DNA of 64,000 bases from an uncultured Alphaproteobacteria bacterium (GCA_947085295.1 CAMTVX010000017.1:8850-72849); one strand, 5' to 3'; positions 9,072 through 19,025 are shown, counted from the first letter of the stretch. Program-made: numbers and translations. The notes: generated by a model not told the origin, from the sequence alone.

Positions 9072-10838
9072 GTGAAGGCAGAAAATCTCATTCGGGATAG
9101 GACTGCTGCTATTTCCAGGACACTGTATCTTGTTCTGGCAATAGCGGGATTATGGGTAGCCGCCCTCGTGCCTGCGCGCGCCGTTGAAATGCCGCGCATC
9201 CTTTCCGAAACCGAAGCGCAAACTTACCGTCAGATTTTTACCCTGCATTCACAGGCGAATATCGGCGGCACAACCCGTCTGATGGCCGGGCTGACTGACA
9301 AGCGCCTGATGGGTCATGTGCAGGCGCAACGTTATTTGCACCCTACGGCTTACACGTCCCGTTACAGCGAATTGAAGCAATGGCTTGATCAGTATGCGGA
9401 TCATCCACAGGCGACGAAGATTTATGCGCTTGCGCTACTCAAACGCGCTGATGGCGTGCCCGCGCCACGGCGTCCCGTGGTCATGCGCGGCCGATCTGGG
9501 TCGAAAGCGGAAAAAATAAAAAGCTATCGTTCACCCGCGCCGCGATCCAGAGCGGCCTTACAACAGATTGTCGTCATCAATCTGCATCTTAAAGGACTAC
9601 TAAAAAAATCCGGCCCGGATGCGGCCCTGGCGTATCTGCAAACTAATAATATTGGCCGCCGTCTTGACGCCGTGGAAACAGATATGGCGCATCAGGCCAT
9701 TGCCGCCAGATATTTTCAGGATGGCCGTGACAAGGATGCCTTCCGGTTGGCGTCCGGGGCGGCGCTGCGCAATGGCAAAATTGTGCCTGAGGCCCATTGG
9801 ACCGCCGGGCTGGCCGCGTGGCGAATGGGACGCATCGATCAGGCCGTAAAGCATTTTTCCGCCATGGCGGATGCGCATTCTCCCTATGCAGATCAGGCTT
9901 CCCTGACGGCTGCGGCCTATTGGGCGGCGCGGGCCAGTCTGGCGGCGCGTCAACCACAAAACGTCAATCGCCACCTGCAGGCTGCGGCGCGTTATCCGCA
10001 TACCATGTATGGCATGCTGGCCTATCGGCAATTGGGAAAGACGCTGCCATTTGACTGGGCGGTGCCACAACTGACGGCATCGGATATTGTTGCACTTCAG
10101 CGTCAGCCGGGCTTTGCCAGAATGCTGGCATTGCATGAGGCTGGACAGACGACGCTGGCCGATGCTGAAATGCAGCAATTGCATAGTCGGCTGGGTTCAG
10201 AAAATGACAGCCGCCTGCTGGCCATCGCGGAAGCCCTGAAATTACCGCGAAGCCAGATTCGTATTGCTGAGAATGCGCGCGCCAATGGCCGGGTCTGGCT
10301 GGCTGGTCTGTACCCGGTTCCGGGCTGGCTTCCCCAGGGTGGCTTTACGACGGATCCTGCCCTGCTATACGCGATTGCGCGCAAGGAAAGTAATTTCATC
10401 GCCACTGCCGAGGGGGGTGGCGGGGCGCGCGGGCTGATGCAGCTAATGCCTGCTACGGCCAGTTTTATTTCGCGCGACAAAAGCCTGCGCGGCGCAGGTC
10501 GCAACCGTCTGTTTGATCCCGAATATAATCTGATGCTGGGGCAGCGCTACATCAAACATCTGCAAATCACAGCGGGGTCGGCGGACTTATTCTCACTGAT
10601 TGCGTCCTATAATGCGGGACCGGCCGCCGTCGATAGCTGGCGCAGGCAGGCCAGGACCAAAGACCCGTTATTGTTTCTGGAAAGCATTCCAAATTCTGCT
10701 ACGCGTAACTATGTAGAGCGTGTGCTGGCAGATTTCTGGATTTATCAGCACAGAATGGGCGTGCCGGGCAACTCCCTGAATGAAGTTGCCGAAGGTAGCT
10801 GGCCGCAATTATCGCCGCCCGTTCGTAGCGCAATGTAA
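9072..10838 (+). CDS. Soluble lytic murein transglycosylase (Slt family) with signal peptide
   Basis: GTG start with a ggggttgg RBS. An N-terminal hydrophobic signal is present. The superhelical region is TPR-like. The catalytic SLT domain is AIARKESNFIATAEGGGGARGLMQLMPATA...ASYNAGP (ES and GLMQ motifs). Confidence 0.8.
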   Translation: MKAENLIRDRTAAISRTLYLVLAIAGLWVAALVPARAVEMPRILSETEAQTYRQIFTLHSQANIGGTTRLMAGLTDKRLMGHVQAQRYLHPTAYTSRYSELKQWLDQYADHPQATKIYALALLKRADGVPAPRRPVVMRGRSGSKAEKIKSYRSPAPRSRAALQQIVVINLHLKGLLKKSGPDAALAYLQTNNIGRRLDAVETDMAHQAIAARYFQDGRDKDAFRLASGAALRNGKIVPEAHWTAGLAAWRMGRIDQAVKHFSAMADAHSPYADQASLTAAAYWAARASLAARQPQNVNRHLQAAARYPHTMYGMLAYRQLGKTLPFDWAVPQLTASDIVALQRQPGFARMLALHEAGQTTLADAEMQQLHSRLGSENDSRLLAIAEALKLPRSQIRIAENARANGRVWLAGLYPVPGWLPQGGFTTDPALLYAIARKESNFIATAEGGGGARGLMQLMPATASFISRDKSLRGAGRNRLFDPEYNLMLGQRYIKHLQITAGSADLFSLIASYNAGPAAVDSWRRQARTKDPLLFLESIPNSATRNYVERVLADFWIYQHRMGVPGNSLNEVAEGSWPQLSPPVRSAM

Positions 10839-10855
10839 TTCTGGGGCTGACGCGC

Positions 10856-11398
10856 ATGCCGGAGCTTGACGAAAGCCGGGACTTTGTTCCCGTCAATATT
10901 GCACTTCTTACCGTATCGGATACACGCACCCGCGCCGATGATAAATCTGGCGATATACTGGAGGCCCGCATCCGGACGGCAGGGCATCATCTGGCGGCGC
11001 GCGAAATCATTACCGATGATAAGGATTTGATCGTTGCGCAATTACGGCTCTGGATTATCGATCCGGCTATTGATGTGGTGATTTCCACCGGCGGCACCGG
11101 ACTGACCGGGCGCGATGTGACGCCCGAAGCCTTCCATGCCGTGTATGAAAAAGAAATCGACGGATTTTCCGCCGTGTTTCACGCTATCAGTTACGCCAAG
11201 ATCGGCGTCTCCACCATTCAGTCGCGCGCAACGGCGGGGGTTGCGGCTGGCACCTATCTGTTTGCGCTGCCGGGGTCACCGGGCGCGTGCAAGGATGGCT
11301 GGGACGGGATATTGCAATATCAACTGGATTTCCGGTTCCGCCCCTGTAATTTCGTCGAGATCATGCCGCGTCTGGAAGAACACAAACGCCGCCAGTGA
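10856..11398 (+). CDS. moaB: Molybdenum cofactor biosynthesis protein B (MoaB/MogA fold)
   Basis: 180 aa. ALLTVSDTRT...DVVISTGGTGLTGRDVTPEA carries the GGTG motif of the MoaB/MogA family. The 3' end overlaps the convergent neighbouring gene by 79 nt. Confidence 0.7.
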   Translation: MPELDESRDFVPVNIALLTVSDTRTRADDKSGDILEARIRTAGHHLAAREIITDDKDLIVAQLRLWIIDPAIDVVISTGGTGLTGRDVTPEAFHAVYEKEIDGFSAVFHAISYAKIGVSTIQSRATAGVAAGTYLFALPGSPGACKDGWDGILQYQLDFRFRPCNFVEIMPRLEEHKRRQ

Positions 11399-11979
11399 TG
11401 ATAATCTTCGGCGCTGTCCACATCTGACAGGCCATCCACAATCCCGATGCGCGCGCGCGGTCGCATTGCGTCAATCGTATCCGCCAGCGCATGCGGGCTT
11501 GACCAGCGCACACCCCCAAACGGGGTGCGCCCATGCGGTCCACCTATGGATCGCAGACGTTTTAATCCCACGAGCCAGTAACCGCCATCTTTGGCTGGCC
11601 CGAACACCGCATCGCACCGGCCCAGTTCAGAGAATGCGCGCGCAATGTGCGCGGCGTTGATATCAGGAATGTCACTGCCAACAAGTATCGCAGGCCCCGG
11701 CGGCAGCGCGCGAAAACAGCGCGCCATGCGTTGCCCCAGATCGCCGCCGCCCTGGCGTATAAGAGGCGCGTTGGCAAATAAACCGTTTACTGCATGGATA
11801 TCCGGCGTGATCGCCACCCAGGTTTTCCATCTTTTGTCTCTGGCTATTCCTCGCGCTAACTGGTGCTGCATTTTGCTATGAAAACGCAGCGCCGCCAGCG
11901 CGCCAATATCAGCCGCCAACCGCTGTTTCACACGGCCCAACTGCGCCGCGCGGGTAAAAATAATCAGATGCCGCATCAT
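11320..11979 (-). CDS. DUF2064-like nucleotide-diphospho-sugar transferase-fold protein (partner of the adjacent GT2)
   Basis: Translation from MMRHLIIFTRAAQLGRVKQRLAADIG...ILVGSDIPDI...VFGPAKDGGYWLVGL. The IIFTR...GRVKxRL opening and the DGGY motif match the DUF2064 / transferase-1 family. The start overlaps the GT2 stop (ATGA). Confidence 0.55.
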   Translation of the reverse strand: MMRHLIIFTRAAQLGRVKQRLAADIGALAALRFHSKMQHQLARGIARDKRWKTWVAITPDIHAVNGLFANAPLIRQGGGDLGQRMARCFRALPPGPAILVGSDIPDINAAHIARAFSELGRCDAVFGPAKDGGYWLVGLKRLRSIGGPHGRTPFGGVRWSSPHALADTIDAMRPRARIGIVDGLSDVDSAEDYHHWRRLCSSRRGMISTKLQGRNRKSS

Positions 11980-12656
11980 CCATATAGCCGTGCAATAAGA
12001 CGCGGCGGCACGCGCAAAAAATATAGTGACAGGCAAAATAGATTACGCAATGGGCGGCGCAGATATCCACCGGTCACATAGCGTTCCGCAGACGTAGAGG
12101 CGGTACTGCGAAAATAAATCAACCGCCTGCGGCCAATACGGCGGATCATATCCACATCCTCCATCAGCGGAATTTTGGCAAAGCCGCCAAGCTCCTCATA
12201 CAGGCTGCGATGGATAAGCAGGCCCTGATCTCCGTAAGGCAGCGCAAATAACTTACAGCGCAGCGCCACCAGACTCTCCAGACGCCGCGCCTGTGGACGA
12301 AAATCATCCAGCGCAAAGCGAAACACACCGGCATGGGCGGGGCTATAACCCTGCGACATGAAATGCCCGGCCTCTTCTTCCCACCCGGACGAAAGTACCG
12401 TGTCGGCATGCAAAAACAGCAGCCAGTTGGCACGCGCGGCCTGTGCCCCGCGCGCCAGTTGCACGCCGCGCCCGGCGGGGCCGCTTAGCACCATACAGCC
12501 GGTATTTTCCGCAATTGCGCAGCTTTCATCGGTGGACCCGCCATCGCTGATAATGACGTCCTTGACCAGCCCGCTGATGACCCCCGGCACAAGGGCGCTC
12601 AGGGTCTGAGGCAGGGCCGCCTGTGCATTCAGGGTCGGGATAATGACGCTTAACAT
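11976..12656 (-). CDS. Glycosyltransferase family 2
   Basis: MLSVIIPTLNAQAAL...IISDGGSTDES...LFLHADT carries the GT2 signatures (DxD-like DGGSTD, and ED). About 226 aa. Confidence 0.7.
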   Translation of the reverse strand: MLSVIIPTLNAQAALPQTLSALVPGVISGLVKDVIISDGGSTDESCAIAENTGCMVLSGPAGRGVQLARGAQAARANWLLFLHADTVLSSGWEEEAGHFMSQGYSPAHAGVFRFALDDFRPQARRLESLVALRCKLFALPYGDQGLLIHRSLYEELGGFAKIPLMEDVDMIRRIGRRRLIYFRSTASTSAERYVTGGYLRRPLRNLFCLSLYFLRVPPRLIARLYG

Positions 12657-12761
12657 GGCTGGCAATCTAGCCGGATGGAGGGGTTAAAAAAAGACTTTAC
12701 ATGTTTTCCGGTATGTTCTAATTCTGTTCCTCTTATGTTCGAAAGACGAAAAGAGGCGAAG

Positions 12762-13877
12762 ATGCATCAGTCTATGGTACAGGTTCGTGACGGCGCGACG
12801 ATCGTCCACCCGGAAGGGCGGCGGGGGCGGGGTGCCGTATCCAATGCCAGCGGGCGCTATGAACCGGTTCACAATGTGACGCTGGATGATGGCTGGGGCA
12901 TGCTGGACACGCCGCCGCCGCCGCGCAAAACGACAGTTATGATGGATACGACCCGCACCATTATCGCGCGCAATACATCACCGGACGTGCCCTTTGACCG
13001 CTCGATCAACGCCTATCGCGGCTGTGAACATGGCTGTATCTATTGTTTTGCCCGCCCGACGCATGCATTTTTGGGGTTTTCCCCGGGTCTGGATTTTGAA
13101 AGCAGGCTGCTGGCGAAACCCGATGCGCCCGCATTGCTGGAAAGGGAATTGCGCAATCCCAATTACCGGCCACAGCCTATCGCAATGGGCACCAACACCG
13201 ATGTCTATCAGCCGGTTGAAAAACAATATCGCATCACGCGCGGCATTCTTGAGGTGCTGAGCCGTTATAACCATCCGGTATCGATTGTCACCAAATCGGC
13301 GCTGATCACCCGCGATATTGATATTCTTTCCGACATGGCCTCGCGCGGGCTGGCCAAGGTGTTTGTCTCGGTAACGACGCTGGATCGCGGCCTGTCGCGC
13401 AGCATGGAACCACGCGCCGCCACGCCGTGCCGACGCTTGCAAACCATCCGTAATCTAACCGATGCGGGCATCCCAACAGGCGTCATGGTGGCCCCCATTA
13501 TCCCGGCCATCAACGACATGGAAATTGAGGCGATACTGGAGGCGGCCCAAAAGGCCGGCGCGCAAAGCGCGGGTTTTGTCATGCTGCGTCTGCCGCTGGA
13601 AATCAAAACCCTGTTTCGTGAATGGCTGGTGCAGGAATTTCCCGACCGCGCCGAAAAAGTGATGGCGCTGGTGCAGGATGTACGCGGCGGCAAGGATTAT
13701 GAGGCCGCCTTTCACACCCGCATGCGCGGGCGCGGCCCCTATGCAGACATGATCGCCGCGCGCTTCCAGATTGCGGTGCGCCGCATCGGCTTTAACGTCA
13801 GCATCCGCAAACTTGATATTTCACAGTTCCGTATCCCGCCCCGCCCCGGCGATCAGATGGATTTGTTTGCGTCGTAA
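12762..13877 (+). CDS. Radical SAM protein (SplB / DNA-repair-photolyase-like, COG1533 type)
   Basis: The CEHGCIYCFA motif is CxxxCxxC. An aagaggcgaag RBS precedes the ATG at 12762. About 371 aa. The upstream part of the ORF-track frame (from 12675) lacks an RBS. Confidence 0.75.
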   Translation: MHQSMVQVRDGATIVHPEGRRGRGAVSNASGRYEPVHNVTLDDGWGMLDTPPPPRKTTVMMDTTRTIIARNTSPDVPFDRSINAYRGCEHGCIYCFARPTHAFLGFSPGLDFESRLLAKPDAPALLERELRNPNYRPQPIAMGTNTDVYQPVEKQYRITRGILEVLSRYNHPVSIVTKSALITRDIDILSDMASRGLAKVFVSVTTLDRGLSRSMEPRAATPCRRLQTIRNLTDAGIPTGVMVAPIIPAINDMEIEAILEAAQKAGAQSAGFVMLRLPLEIKTLFREWLVQEFPDRAEKVMALVQDVRGGKDYEAAFHTRMRGRGPYADMIAARFQIAVRRIGFNVSIRKLDISQFRIPPRPGDQMDLFAS

Positions 13878-15046
13878 AACCGCAGGGTCTCGGCAAAAGC
13901 CAGGAATAGATGGTACAGCGATGTGGCGGGTACGGTTGTTGAAACCTTCTTGCCTGCCGTGTCGATCTGGTCGTTCCAGATGCCTGTGTCCGGAAAGAAG
14001 TAATTGTCAAAAATCGCATCAACTGCGGGACCGATGCGCAATCTAGCCGCCTCACATATTTCAGCAGATGGCCCATGTTCCGCCGTGGCGACAAAGGCCT
14101 TCAGCGCTTCGGTTTGCGGCCACAACCGATGGCTGGCGCGCAATGTTGCGCCGCTGCGGTCAATTTCATCATAGGTGAGATTATTGTGCGCGTTAATGCC
14201 GTGTTTGCGGGCAAATTCATACACCAGATGCGACACCTCATGCGCCTGCGTATCGCCTGCAAGTTTAGCGTAATTATGTAAAATCCAGGACCATTCAAAA
14301 TGGTGCCCCGGCTCAACGATCTGGCCCTGCGGTCCATCCAGCGCCAACCACTCGCCAGTGAAATATTCACCCAGGCTGTGCGTCTTCATATCAAAAAACC
14401 GTGTACGGAACAATTCGAACAATTGCGCGCCGCGTTTCAGATAGGCCGCATCGCCCGTTGCCTGATGCAGGGCCAGCATCGCCTCCAGCATATGCATATG
14501 TGGATTTTGCAAACGCGGCGGACCTTGTAACAATTCGCCGACATCCGAAAGCCCCTCAAAATATCCGCCATGCGCCGGGCATGCCAGATGCCGATCAAAA
14601 AAATCAAGCGTCTGATTTACAGTTTCCAGTGCCCGCGCATCGCCAGACGCGCGGTAATGCCACGCGCTTGCAAACAGCACAAACGCCTGATCATAACTAT
14701 CCGCCGCCGTATCCAGCTTTTCTCCATCGGGCCGAACTGTTTTCGCCCAGCCCCGCGCTGGCCCCTGCCAGTAATTTCGGGTCAAAAAATCAAACCCTTG
14801 CGCCGCTGCCGCGCGCCAGTTGTTCTGGCGCACCGGATCACGATCAATCAATGCCGCATGGGAAAAAACATATATTTGTCGCGCCTGCACGCGGATACGC
14901 TTGAAGTCAACGCCATCCGGCACACCCGAAATCGTCAGCCGTTCAGTAAATCCACCGCGCGCGCGATCCACACCCTGTTCATGCCAGTGCGGCAGCGCGC
15001 GCTCAAACATCCAGCTCTCAATTTTCTTTTTGGTGACGTCGGACAA
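13853..15046 (-). CDS. N-acylglucosamine 2-epimerase (AGE) family epimerase/isomerase
   Basis: The (alpha/alpha)6-barrel family pattern is visible in WMFERALPHWHEQGVDRARGGFTERL...YDQAFVLFASAWHY...PHMHMLEAMLALHQ...GHHFEWSWIL. The proposed TTG start at 15046 has an aaggaga RBS. A downstream in-frame ATG (the M of MFERAL) is an alternative. Confidence 0.6.
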   Translation of the reverse strand: MSDVTKKKIESWMFERALPHWHEQGVDRARGGFTERLTISGVPDGVDFKRIRVQARQIYVFSHAALIDRDPVRQNNWRAAAAQGFDFLTRNYWQGPARGWAKTVRPDGEKLDTAADSYDQAFVLFASAWHYRASGDARALETVNQTLDFFDRHLACPAHGGYFEGLSDVGELLQGPPRLQNPHMHMLEAMLALHQATGDAAYLKRGAQLFELFRTRFFDMKTHSLGEYFTGEWLALDGPQGQIVEPGHHFEWSWILHNYAKLAGDTQAHEVSHLVYEFARKHGINAHNNLTYDEIDRSGATLRASHRLWPQTEALKAFVATAEHGPSAEICEAARLRIGPAVDAIFDNYFFPDTGIWNDQIDTAGKKVSTTVPATSLYHLFLAFAETLRFYDANKSI

Positions 15047-15065
15047 AAAAATCTCCTTACAGCTT

Positions 15066-16217
15066 TTACGGTTTGCCGGGCAGGCGTACCTGTGCCGTGC
15101 CATAGATTGATAATTCGCCATCCTGATTTTCGGCCCGCTGTTCGATGTCGATGATGTTTTCACCATCAACCTGGCGTTTGCCGGTGACCGAACCGTTGAT
15201 ATACAGCACATCGCCGACCGGATTGTGACGGCGGATTTGCGCCTTGGTCTGGCGCAAAAATCCATCATCTCCCATCCAGTTGGTCAGATGATGCGTCAGC
15301 CATGAAAACCGCTCCGGGCCATAATCATAGGCCTCCGGCGCGCCAACGGTGGCGGCAAATTCGCTTTCCCAATGCACCCGCTCCGGGCAATCGGGAATTC
15401 CGAACCGGTTCTTGATGCCAAGCCCCGGATGTTTGTGGATCTGCTGCCAGTTCAGTTTGTTGGCGCGGATATACAACCCGCCCCAGCCCTGCGCATAGGC
15501 GATAAAGCCGGTCACCGTCATCGGTCCCTTGACAATGGTCGCCAGTTTATCGCCAACATTCACATCTTCGAAATAGCGCGGTGTTTTGCCGCGCACTTCT
15601 TCGCGTGCATAGTGCCGGTAAAACTCTACCAGCTCCGCATCGCTATACACTTTTGGTGCGGCGGCCTTGACAGCATCATATTTGGTGCCGCGTTCGCGCG
15701 CGATGTCGCGGTCGGTACGAAAACACCAGCTATCCGCCTCACATAACAGATCATTATTCTGATTATAGAAATTCACATGATAAATCTGCTGGATCGCCAT
15801 ACCGGAAAACCGCGTTTCGTGCGGGATCAGTTCCTTCAACCAGGATTCTGTGCGCAATTCATCATTGCGGCGGATATTTTTATGCCAGGTAAAATCTGCC
15901 CCCGCCCACATGGCATGCACACCCGGAAGACCGCCCACATAGCCTGAAATAATCCGGTCGCATGCAAACAGAAAGCTTGGTGGTGCAATGATGCCCTTAT
16001 GCGCCGTCGCCGCCGCATAGGCCGGATCGCACCAGAGCGGATTATCATCGCCAATGCCATGCGCATAATGGCGGATATTGTCGCGGGTCGCCTCATGGCA
16101 CCACGGCTCCAGCGTATCTTCAATACGCACGCCGATGCGGCTGCGCAAATCCTCCAGCCCGCGCTCGGTGATCCCGGTAAACTGCCGCTCCAGGCCGTCC
16201 ATCTCATCTTTGCTCAT
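15066..16217 (-). CDS. MaoC-like double hot-dog fold dehydratase/hydratase
   Basis: 383 aa with two hot-dog-like halves. This is the size and architecture of mesaconyl-CoA / itaconyl-CoA hydratase-type enzymes. The subfamily is unresolved. Confidence 0.55.
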   Translation of the reverse strand: MSKDEMDGLERQFTGITERGLEDLRSRIGVRIEDTLEPWCHEATRDNIRHYAHGIGDDNPLWCDPAYAAATAHKGIIAPPSFLFACDRIISGYVGGLPGVHAMWAGADFTWHKNIRRNDELRTESWLKELIPHETRFSGMAIQQIYHVNFYNQNNDLLCEADSWCFRTDRDIARERGTKYDAVKAAAPKVYSDAELVEFYRHYAREEVRGKTPRYFEDVNVGDKLATIVKGPMTVTGFIAYAQGWGGLYIRANKLNWQQIHKHPGLGIKNRFGIPDCPERVHWESEFAATVGAPEAYDYGPERFSWLTHHLTNWMGDDGFLRQTKAQIRRHNPVGDVLYINGSVTGKRQVDGENIIDIEQRAENQDGELSIYGTAQVRLPGKP

Positions 16218-16331
16218 ACGATTCTCTCCCTATAGTCCCGCTCAGCTATAACAGAAACATTTGCAAATTAAACCGATCCGCAGCAAGTTAGTGAGCGGAA
16301 TAATAATAACAGTCTGGCAGGGAGGAGCATC

Positions 16332-17300
16332 ATGTCGATCAATACCGTTACGGGCACTGTAAACGCCGAAGATCTGGGCTTTACGCTGATTCATGAGCAT
16401 TTGTCGGCGGGTATGCCGGGGTGGGAACTGGACCCCGATGATTTCAACCGCAAGGACGAAATCGCCGGTGCGGTGGTCAAGCTCAAGGAAATCAAGGAAC
16501 TGGGCGTCAAAAGCTTTGTCGATCCGTGCCCTATGGAGCTGGGCCGCGATCCCGAATTTGCCGCCGAATGCGCCTCCAAAAGCGGCATGCAGGTGATTAT
16601 CGCCACCGGGCTGTACAATGAGGCGCTGGGCATCCCGCATCATTTCCGCCTGATGGACGCCGACACCATCGCTGAAATCTATACCCGCGAGTTGACCGAA
16701 GGCATTGGCAAAACCGGCATCAAGGCGGGCATCATCAAGGTGGCGACCGGCGGCATACCCGGCATGACCGCCAGCAGCAACGCCATCTCCAAGGCAGAGA
16801 TGCTGACCCTGCGCGCTGCAGCAAAAGCGCAGAAAGCCACCGGCGCGCCTATCCTGTGCCACAATAGCGAGGTCGAGCCGTATGGCCGCCAGGTGCTGGA
16901 CGTCATGGCCGAGGAAGGCGTGGATTTCAACAAGGTGCTGATCGGGCATGCCTGCGGCGTGGGCGATCTGAAATATTACTTTGATATTCTGGATCGCGGC
17001 GCCTGGCTGGGCTTTGACCGCTTTGGCCTGGAATCGATTGCCTCTGACAAGCTGCGACTGGCGGGCCTGATGGGGCTGCTAGCCGTTGGCTATGACCGTA
17101 TCATGCTGTCGCACGACGCCGTGCATTGTCTGCGCGGGCGCGCGGGCGGTGGCTTTAGTGCGATGTTGCAGGGCAATCCGAAATGGAATTTCGCGCATAT
17201 CTCGCGCAACATATTGCCGCAGATGCGCGCCGCCGGTGTGCCGGAAGAAAAAATCAAAAATCTGACCACCAACAATCCCCGCAGCTATTTCAAGAAATAG
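16332..17300 (+). CDS. Phosphotriesterase-related protein (PTE-like lactonase, amidohydrolase superfamily), paralog 1
   Basis: The GFTLIHEHL metal-binding HxH is near the N-terminus. The downstream His/Asp ligands are CHNSE, IGHACG and LSHDAVH. 322 aa. Confidence 0.8.
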   Translation: MSINTVTGTVNAEDLGFTLIHEHLSAGMPGWELDPDDFNRKDEIAGAVVKLKEIKELGVKSFVDPCPMELGRDPEFAAECASKSGMQVIIATGLYNEALGIPHHFRLMDADTIAEIYTRELTEGIGKTGIKAGIIKVATGGIPGMTASSNAISKAEMLTLRAAAKAQKATGAPILCHNSEVEPYGRQVLDVMAEEGVDFNKVLIGHACGVGDLKYYFDILDRGAWLGFDRFGLESIASDKLRLAGLMGLLAVGYDRIMLSHDAVHCLRGRAGGGFSAMLQGNPKWNFAHISRNILPQMRAAGVPEEKIKNLTTNNPRSYFKK

Positions 17301-17310
17301 GAAAACCAAC

Positions 17311-18087
17311 ATGACCGGAAGACTCGAAGGAAAAGTCGTACTCATCACGGGCGGCGCCAGTGGTATTGGCGCCGCGCACGCGCGTACGTTTGCAGCCGAA
17401 GGCGCAAAAATTCTGATCGGTGACATTCAGGATAAAATGGGCCAGGAAGTGGCCGATGCGATCGGCATCACCAATAGCGGCGGGCAGGCGGCCTATACCA
17501 ATCTGGATGTGACATCTGAAAAAAGCTGGAACGATGCGGTGCAGAAAGCCGTCAACCTGTACGGTAAGCTGACCACGCTGATCAACAATGCGGGCATTGC
17601 CATTGTCGGCGGCGTAACCACGGAGACCCAGGATAGCTGGGATAAAACCATCGCCGTCAATCAAAAGGGCGTGTGGTACGGCATGAAAACCGCGATCCCT
17701 GAAATGCTGAAGGCGGGCGGTGGCGCGATTGTCAACATATCATCCGTGTACGGAATTATCGGCAGCCCGGACATGCTGTCCTATCACGCATCCAAGGGCG
17801 CGGTGCGGCTGATGTCGAAGGCGGCGGCGCTGGAATACGCCACCAAAGGCATCCGCATCAATTCGGTGCATCCGGGCATTATCGAAACCCCGATCCTGAC
17901 CAAAACCTTTTCAGTCGGCGGCCCGGAAGTAGAAGGGCTTATCAAAACCATTCACAGCAAAACCCCGATGTCGCGCTTCGGCAAACCCGAAGAAATCGCC
18001 TACGGCTCGCTGTTCCTGTGCTCCGACGAAGCGTCATTCATCACCGGCGCCGAACTGGTTATCGACGGCGGCTGGACCGCGCAGTAA
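17311..18087 (+). CDS. SDR-family oxidoreductase, paralog 1
   Basis: The Rossmann motif is VVLITGGASGIGAA. NNAG is present. The catalytic motif SYHASKGAV is YxxxK. About 258 aa. Confidence 0.85.
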   Translation: MTGRLEGKVVLITGGASGIGAAHARTFAAEGAKILIGDIQDKMGQEVADAIGITNSGGQAAYTNLDVTSEKSWNDAVQKAVNLYGKLTTLINNAGIAIVGGVTTETQDSWDKTIAVNQKGVWYGMKTAIPEMLKAGGGAIVNISSVYGIIGSPDMLSYHASKGAVRLMSKAAALEYATKGIRINSVHPGIIETPILTKTFSVGGPEVEGLIKTIHSKTPMSRFGKPEEIAYGSLFLCSDEASFITGAELVIDGGWTAQ

Positions 18088-18143
18088 CTGGTTTAGAGCG
18101 GCATGTGTTCAAGTTGAACCCCCCGCACGGCGCATCAAGCTAA

Positions 18144-18333
18144 ATTAGGGACAGTATATAGTTTCTTCATGGTCAAAGCGCCTAAACTATATACTGTCCC
18201 TAATTAATCAAATCAGAATCAAATCAGGGACAGTATACAGTTTCCTCATGGTCAAAGAGCCCAAACCATATACTGTCCCCAATTAATCATATACTGTCCC
18301 TAATTAAAAACTATATACTGTCCACTATTAATC
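18144..18333. repeat. REP cluster (BIME-like): six units of core gggacagtata(t/c)agtt in alternating orientation
   Basis: Forward units are near 18146 and 18224. Inverted units are near 18184, 18264, 18288 and 18309. The inverted pairs are separated by the conserved linker c(t/c)tcatggtcaaag(c/a)gcc. Confidence 0.75.
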
Positions 18334-18433
18334 TGGCCACGATCCCGCATTTTCACCGAGCGTTTCCATTTCCTCTATTTTACTTGAAAATATGTAGATC
18401 GGTCTATATATAAATGTGGAAAGGGAGACTGAC

Positions 18434-19009
18434 ATGGGCAAAACTGGAACTGCTACCCGGGATAAATTGGTCGCCGTGGCGGGGGATCTGTTTCAGCGGC
18501 AGGGTTATACCGGAACCGGATTGAATCAGATCCTGGCCGAGGGCGAATTGCCGCGTGGTTCGCTGTATTTTCATTTTCCCGGCGGCAAGGAGGCCATCGG
18601 CGTGGCAGCCATTGCGGCGGGGCGCGATCAGGTGATGGACCTGCTGACGATGGCGGGGGCCGAGGCTGTTTCGTTGCCGGATTTCCTGCAACGCTGTGCG
18701 GCCGGATTTAGCTGGCTGTTGCAGCATTCCAATTACACCAAAGGTTGCCCTGTAACCGCCATCGCGCTGGAGATGGCCGATAAATCAGAGGCTATCCGGC
18801 TCGCATCACAACAGGCCTTCACCGCCTGGCAGCAGGCTTTGGCGGATCGCTTTATTGGGTTTGGACTTGCCCAATCAGAAGCCGGGCGTTTTGCGACTGT
18901 CGCCCTGGCCAGCTTCGAGGGCGCACTGACCTTGTCGCGCACCCTGCGCAGCACCGCGCCGTTACAGTTGACCTGCGATGCATTGATCACGCTTTCAAAT
19001 AATTCATAA
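18434..19009 (+). CDS. TetR-family transcriptional regulator
   Basis: The N-terminal HTH is LFQRQGYTGTGLNQILAEGELPRGSLYFHFPGGKEA. An aagggag RBS lies 6 nt before the ATG at 18434. A GTG at 18416 is an alternative start. Confidence 0.8.
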   Translation: MGKTGTATRDKLVAVAGDLFQRQGYTGTGLNQILAEGELPRGSLYFHFPGGKEAIGVAAIAAGRDQVMDLLTMAGAEAVSLPDFLQRCAAGFSWLLQHSNYTKGCPVTAIALEMADKSEAIRLASQQAFTAWQQALADRFIGFGLAQSEAGRFATVALASFEGALTLSRTLRSTAPLQLTCDALITLSNNS

Positions 19010-19025
19010 AAAGGATTTATTACCA

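Noticed and set aside
16242-16949. 235-aa minus-strand ORF antisense to the PTE-like gene (a similar one at 20987-21841 against paralog 2)
   Set aside because: Both paralogs generate the same antisense frame, as expected for shadow ORFs. The plus-strand proteins carry the metal-binding HxH motifs.
18380-18412. TetR operator candidate tagatcggtcta upstream of the TetR gene
   Set aside because: Only an imperfect 12-bp palindrome with 2 mismatches in an AT-rich promoter. Too weak to call without comparative support.
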